Assembly (NCBI GenBank): GCA_023136305.1
Contig: JAGLSF010000001.1
Span: forward strand, 1-39,390
Reading direction: 5' to 3'
Length of the DNA: 39,390 nt
DNA from: Spirochaetota bacterium
Lineage (GTDB): Bacteria > Spirochaetota > B62-G9 > DRHN01
Within the stretch, counting starts at the first letter, position 1. Every line of letters begins with the position of its first letter. Below, piece after piece: positions 37,212-39,390 of this stretch. The translations under genes were made by a program, and so were the position numbers. The notes below the pieces were generated by a model. The model searched no databases. It was not told the DNA's origin and saw only the letters and a list, made by a program, of their open reading frames with translations.

Positions 37212-38234
37212 ATGATGTCAACATTAAAGAATAAACCGGCGACGTACCGGTATGAAGAAAACAGGGGCCGTTTCATAAAACCCTGCCCTGGGACCCCACG
37301 CTATGTGTGTTGCGGCTATAGGATCATTAATTTTGCACAGGGTTGTACCATAGGCTGTACCTACTGCATCCTTGACCATTATTTCGATTCCGATACACCG
37401 GTACTATTCAGCAATGTGGAACAGCTCATAGGGGAGCTCAAGAAAACAGTAGCAAACAGTAAGGGGATCCTACGTTTTGGAACAGGGGAGTTTACCGACA
37501 GTCTTCTCCATGATGACTACTATCATGTGTACGGGCGCATATTGCCCCTGATCGCCAGCTCATCCAATGCAGTGCTGGAGATCAAGACAAAAACGGTCAA
37601 TATCGGTACGCTCATCAATATGGACTGGTATGACCGCATTATCATGTCCTGGTCTCTCAACAGCGATTACATAGCCTCCCGAGAGGAGCGTGGGGCTCCG
37701 CGTATCGAGGAGCGAATCAGTGCAGCCCACAGGGTTGAAACATGCGGGTATAAACTGGCATTCCATTTTGATCCCATTGTATTCTATGATGGATGGGAGG
37801 AAGGCTATAAAAAAACTATTGAAGCACTCTTTCACAGAATTGACCCGCAAAACGTTGTGTATGTGAGTATGGGGAGCCTTCGTTTTTCACCGGACATGCA
37901 GGATTCGCTCATGCAGCGCAGTGATGTGTACCTGCATGGTGATTTCATTCGTGGACAGGACGGGAAAATGCGCTATTTCAGACCGCTTCGAACAAGACTG
38001 TACAGGACAGTGCTTGGTTATTTGAAACAGTACATACCCGAGGAACGGGTGTACCTGTGTATGGAAAACCAGGATGTGTGGAAAGATGTGTTTGCAATCG
38101 ACAACATGACCAGTGCACAGCTTACAAAACGTTTGGATAGGGCATGTGTGAGGGCCTTTCCAGGCCTCATATCGAAGCAAAAAGCTTTTACAGCAGCGAA
38201 AGAGGGGCAGGGGAAGCTTGACGAAATCCGGTGA
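37212..38234 (+). CDS. Spore-photoproduct-lyase-family radical SAM protein
   Basis: CX3CX2C cluster (GCTIGCTYC), SPL-family blocks (LRFGTGEFTDS, WSLN, GYKLAFHFDPIV) and GWEEGY, which is identical to B. subtilis SplB as I recall it. Confidence 0.82.
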   Translation: MMSTLKNKPATYRYEENRGRFIKPCPGTPRYVCCGYRIINFAQGCTIGCTYCILDHYFDSDTPVLFSNVEQLIGELKKTVANSKGILRFGTGEFTDSLLHDDYYHVYGRILPLIASSSNAVLEIKTKTVNIGTLINMDWYDRIIMSWSLNSDYIASREERGAPRIEERISAAHRVETCGYKLAFHFDPIVFYDGWEEGYKKTIEALFHRIDPQNVVYVSMGSLRFSPDMQDSLMQRSDVYLHGDFIRGQDGKMRYFRPLRTRLYRTVLGYLKQYIPEERVYLCMENQDVWKDVFAIDNMTSAQLTKRLDRACVRAFPGLISKQKAFTAAKEGQGKLDEIR

Positions 38235-38246
38235 AATACGTATTAT
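38218..38246 (+). promoter_or_regulatory. Candidate sigma70-type promoter for tRNA-Pro (and possibly rimO)
   Basis: TTGACG (38218..38223, inside the last codons of the SPL-family gene), a 17-nt spacer, then TATTAT (38241..38246). The -10 element ends 9 nt before the tRNA 5' end. Confidence 0.5.
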
Positions 38247-38255
38247 CTATGTATT

Positions 38256-38329
38256 CGGGCTGTAGCGCAGTTGGTTAGCGTACATGTCTGGGGGACATGG
38301 GGTCGCCAGTTCGAGTCTGGCCAGCCCGA
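38256..38329 (+). tRNA. tRNA-Pro (anticodon GGG)
   Basis: Manual cloverleaf: acceptor CGGGCTG/CAGCCCG, D-arm GCGC-AGTTGGTTA-GCGT, anticodon arm CATGT-CTGGGGG-ACATG, variable loop GGGTC, T-arm GCCAG-TTCGAGT-CTGGC, discriminator A. 74 nt; CCA is not encoded. Confidence 0.93.
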
Positions 38330-38395
38330 ATATCTTTTTCTTTGCAGACCAACACACCAGTACATCCAATCAACCACAATCCTCGGAGTTATTCA

Positions 38396-39390
38396 GTGAA
38401 CCATATCCGAAAAACCTACTACATCCATTCATTGGGTTGCAATAAGAACACAGCCGATTCTGAGGTTCTCATGAGCATGCTCAGTGAAAGGGGATTCAGG
38501 CGGGTCGATGAGCCCGAAGATGCAGAGCGTATAATCGTCAATACCTGCGCCTTCATTGACGAGGCAAAACAGGAGGCCATCGACACTATTCTGGGTCTAT
38601 CCGGGCGTATTCACGAGGGTGCGGCTCTCATTGTCACTGGATGCTTCCCACAGCTCTTCGCAGATGAAATCGAGCAAAAGATACCTGAAGCGGACATAAT
38701 TGCCGGTTCAGGAGACCTTGTGGCCGTCATTGATGCAATAGACTCCCCCCCCGATCAACGGGACTATCCTTCGACAAGAGTGATTCCGGAACACTTTTCA
38801 AACACGGTCATGAGGACACAGTTTCTATCCAACAGGGGATATACCTATCTGAAAATATCGGACGGATGCAGCAGGGGATGCAGTTTCTGCCTCATACCCC
38901 GTATCAAGGGAGGCTTACGGAGCAGAAGCGCGGATGAGATAATACTGGAAGCAAAACAGTTGGAAAGCCTGGGAATTGGCGAGCTTATCCTTACCTCCCA
39001 GGATACCCTGGGTTACGGAACTGACCTTGGTGAGAATAAGGGGTTGCGGTTCCTGATTGAGCACCTGTTGGAGGAAACCAAGATACCCTTTATTCGTCTC
39101 CTCTATCTGAGGCCGGCAAAGGGTTTATTGAGAATCCTCGACCTGTTCGAAAACAGCCGTGTTGTTCCCTATTTTGACATACCTGTACAGCATGCAGCTG
39201 GGAAAGTTCTAAAAAATATGACCAGAGAAGGTAGCTCTCTATATTATGAAAAAATAATAGATGAAATCAGGAGCCGAATACCCCATGCCGTTTTACGGAC
39301 TACCCTTATTACAGGGTTTCCGGGAGAAGGGAAAGACGAGTTCGAAGAATTGCTCACCTTTATAAAACGGGTCAGATTCAACCATCTCGG
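38396..39390 (+). CDS. rimO: Ribosomal protein S12 methylthiotransferase RimO (radical SAM MTTase), 3' end outside the window
   Basis: Open frame from GTG 38396 (GGAG 7 nt upstream) to the window edge, not listed in the ORF track because it has no stop. Motifs: YIHSLGCNKN, VNTCAFI, radical SAM KISDGCSRGCSFCLIP, YFDIPVQHA and TLITGFPGE. Confidence 0.9.
   Translation, partial: MNHIRKTYYIHSLGCNKNTADSEVLMSMLSERGFRRVDEPEDAERIIVNTCAFIDEAKQEAIDTILGLSGRIHEGAALIVTGCFPQLFADEIEQKIPEADIIAGSGDLVAVIDAIDSPPDQRDYPSTRVIPEHFSNTVMRTQFLSNRGYTYLKISDGCSRGCSFCLIPRIKGGLRSRSADEIILEAKQLESLGIGELILTSQDTLGYGTDLGENKGLRFLIEHLLEETKIPFIRLLYLRPAKGLLRILDLFENSRVVPYFDIPVQHAAGKVLKNMTREGSSLYYEKIIDEIRSRIPHAVLRTTLITGFPGEGKDEFEELLTFIKRVRFNHL

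Noticed and set aside
38745-38752. Homopolymer tracts inside coding regions, considered as slipped-strand phase-variation switches: C8 in rimO, A8 at 6923..6930 in pgpH and A8 at 8801..8808 in ybeY.
   Set aside because: They encode ordinary Pro-Pro or Lys-Lys dipeptides in housekeeping genes. The tracts are at the low end for contingency loci, and all frames are intact.

Overview
This is a chromosomal window made up mostly of housekeeping genes, from a diderm bacterium: OmpA-like, Omp85-like and lipoprotein genes are present. The lineage cannot be fixed from the sequence alone. Gene order and the loose lipoboxes are compatible with a spirochaete-like organism, but that is only a guess. I call 36 protein-coding genes (one cut by the window end), one probable pseudogene, a tmRNA (12..362, minus) and a tRNA-Pro(GGG) (38256..38329, plus). 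The plus-strand block 521..19511 holds an M18 aminopeptidase, a decayed PHP-domain gene, a class II aldolase, aspS, phoH-pgpH-ybeY-corC, recO, cinA, thpR, a DUF4416-like gene, yebC-ruvC-ruvA-ruvB, a SpoIID/LytB-like gene and queA-tgt. A small divergent set of secreted or unknown proteins follows (19673..24173). Next is a 13-kb minus-strand run (24192..37173): MBL hydrolase, 5-formyl-THF cyclo-ligase, rarA, phosphohexomutase, MscS, an unknown gene, an OmpA-like gene, and a tightly coupled five-gene operon. In that operon an Omp85-type single-POTRA barrel gene sits between the binding protein and the permeases of a sugar-type ABC importer. The window ends with an SPL-family radical SAM gene, tRNA-Pro and rimO (partial). 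I saw no CRISPR array, IS/transposase, integrase, rRNA or recognisable defence or toxin genes. The most notable observations are these: (1) the Omp85-in-ABC operon, which is the best candidate for something undescribed; (2) aspS and ybeY have conserved N-termini encoded upstream of any ATG/GTG/TTG, pointing to CTG or ATT starts; (3) a transglutaminase-like protein lacks the catalytic His; (4) a 13-bp inverted-repeat structure lies between tgt and its convergent neighbour. All family calls rest on motif recognition by eye and recalled homologue sequences, not on database searches.
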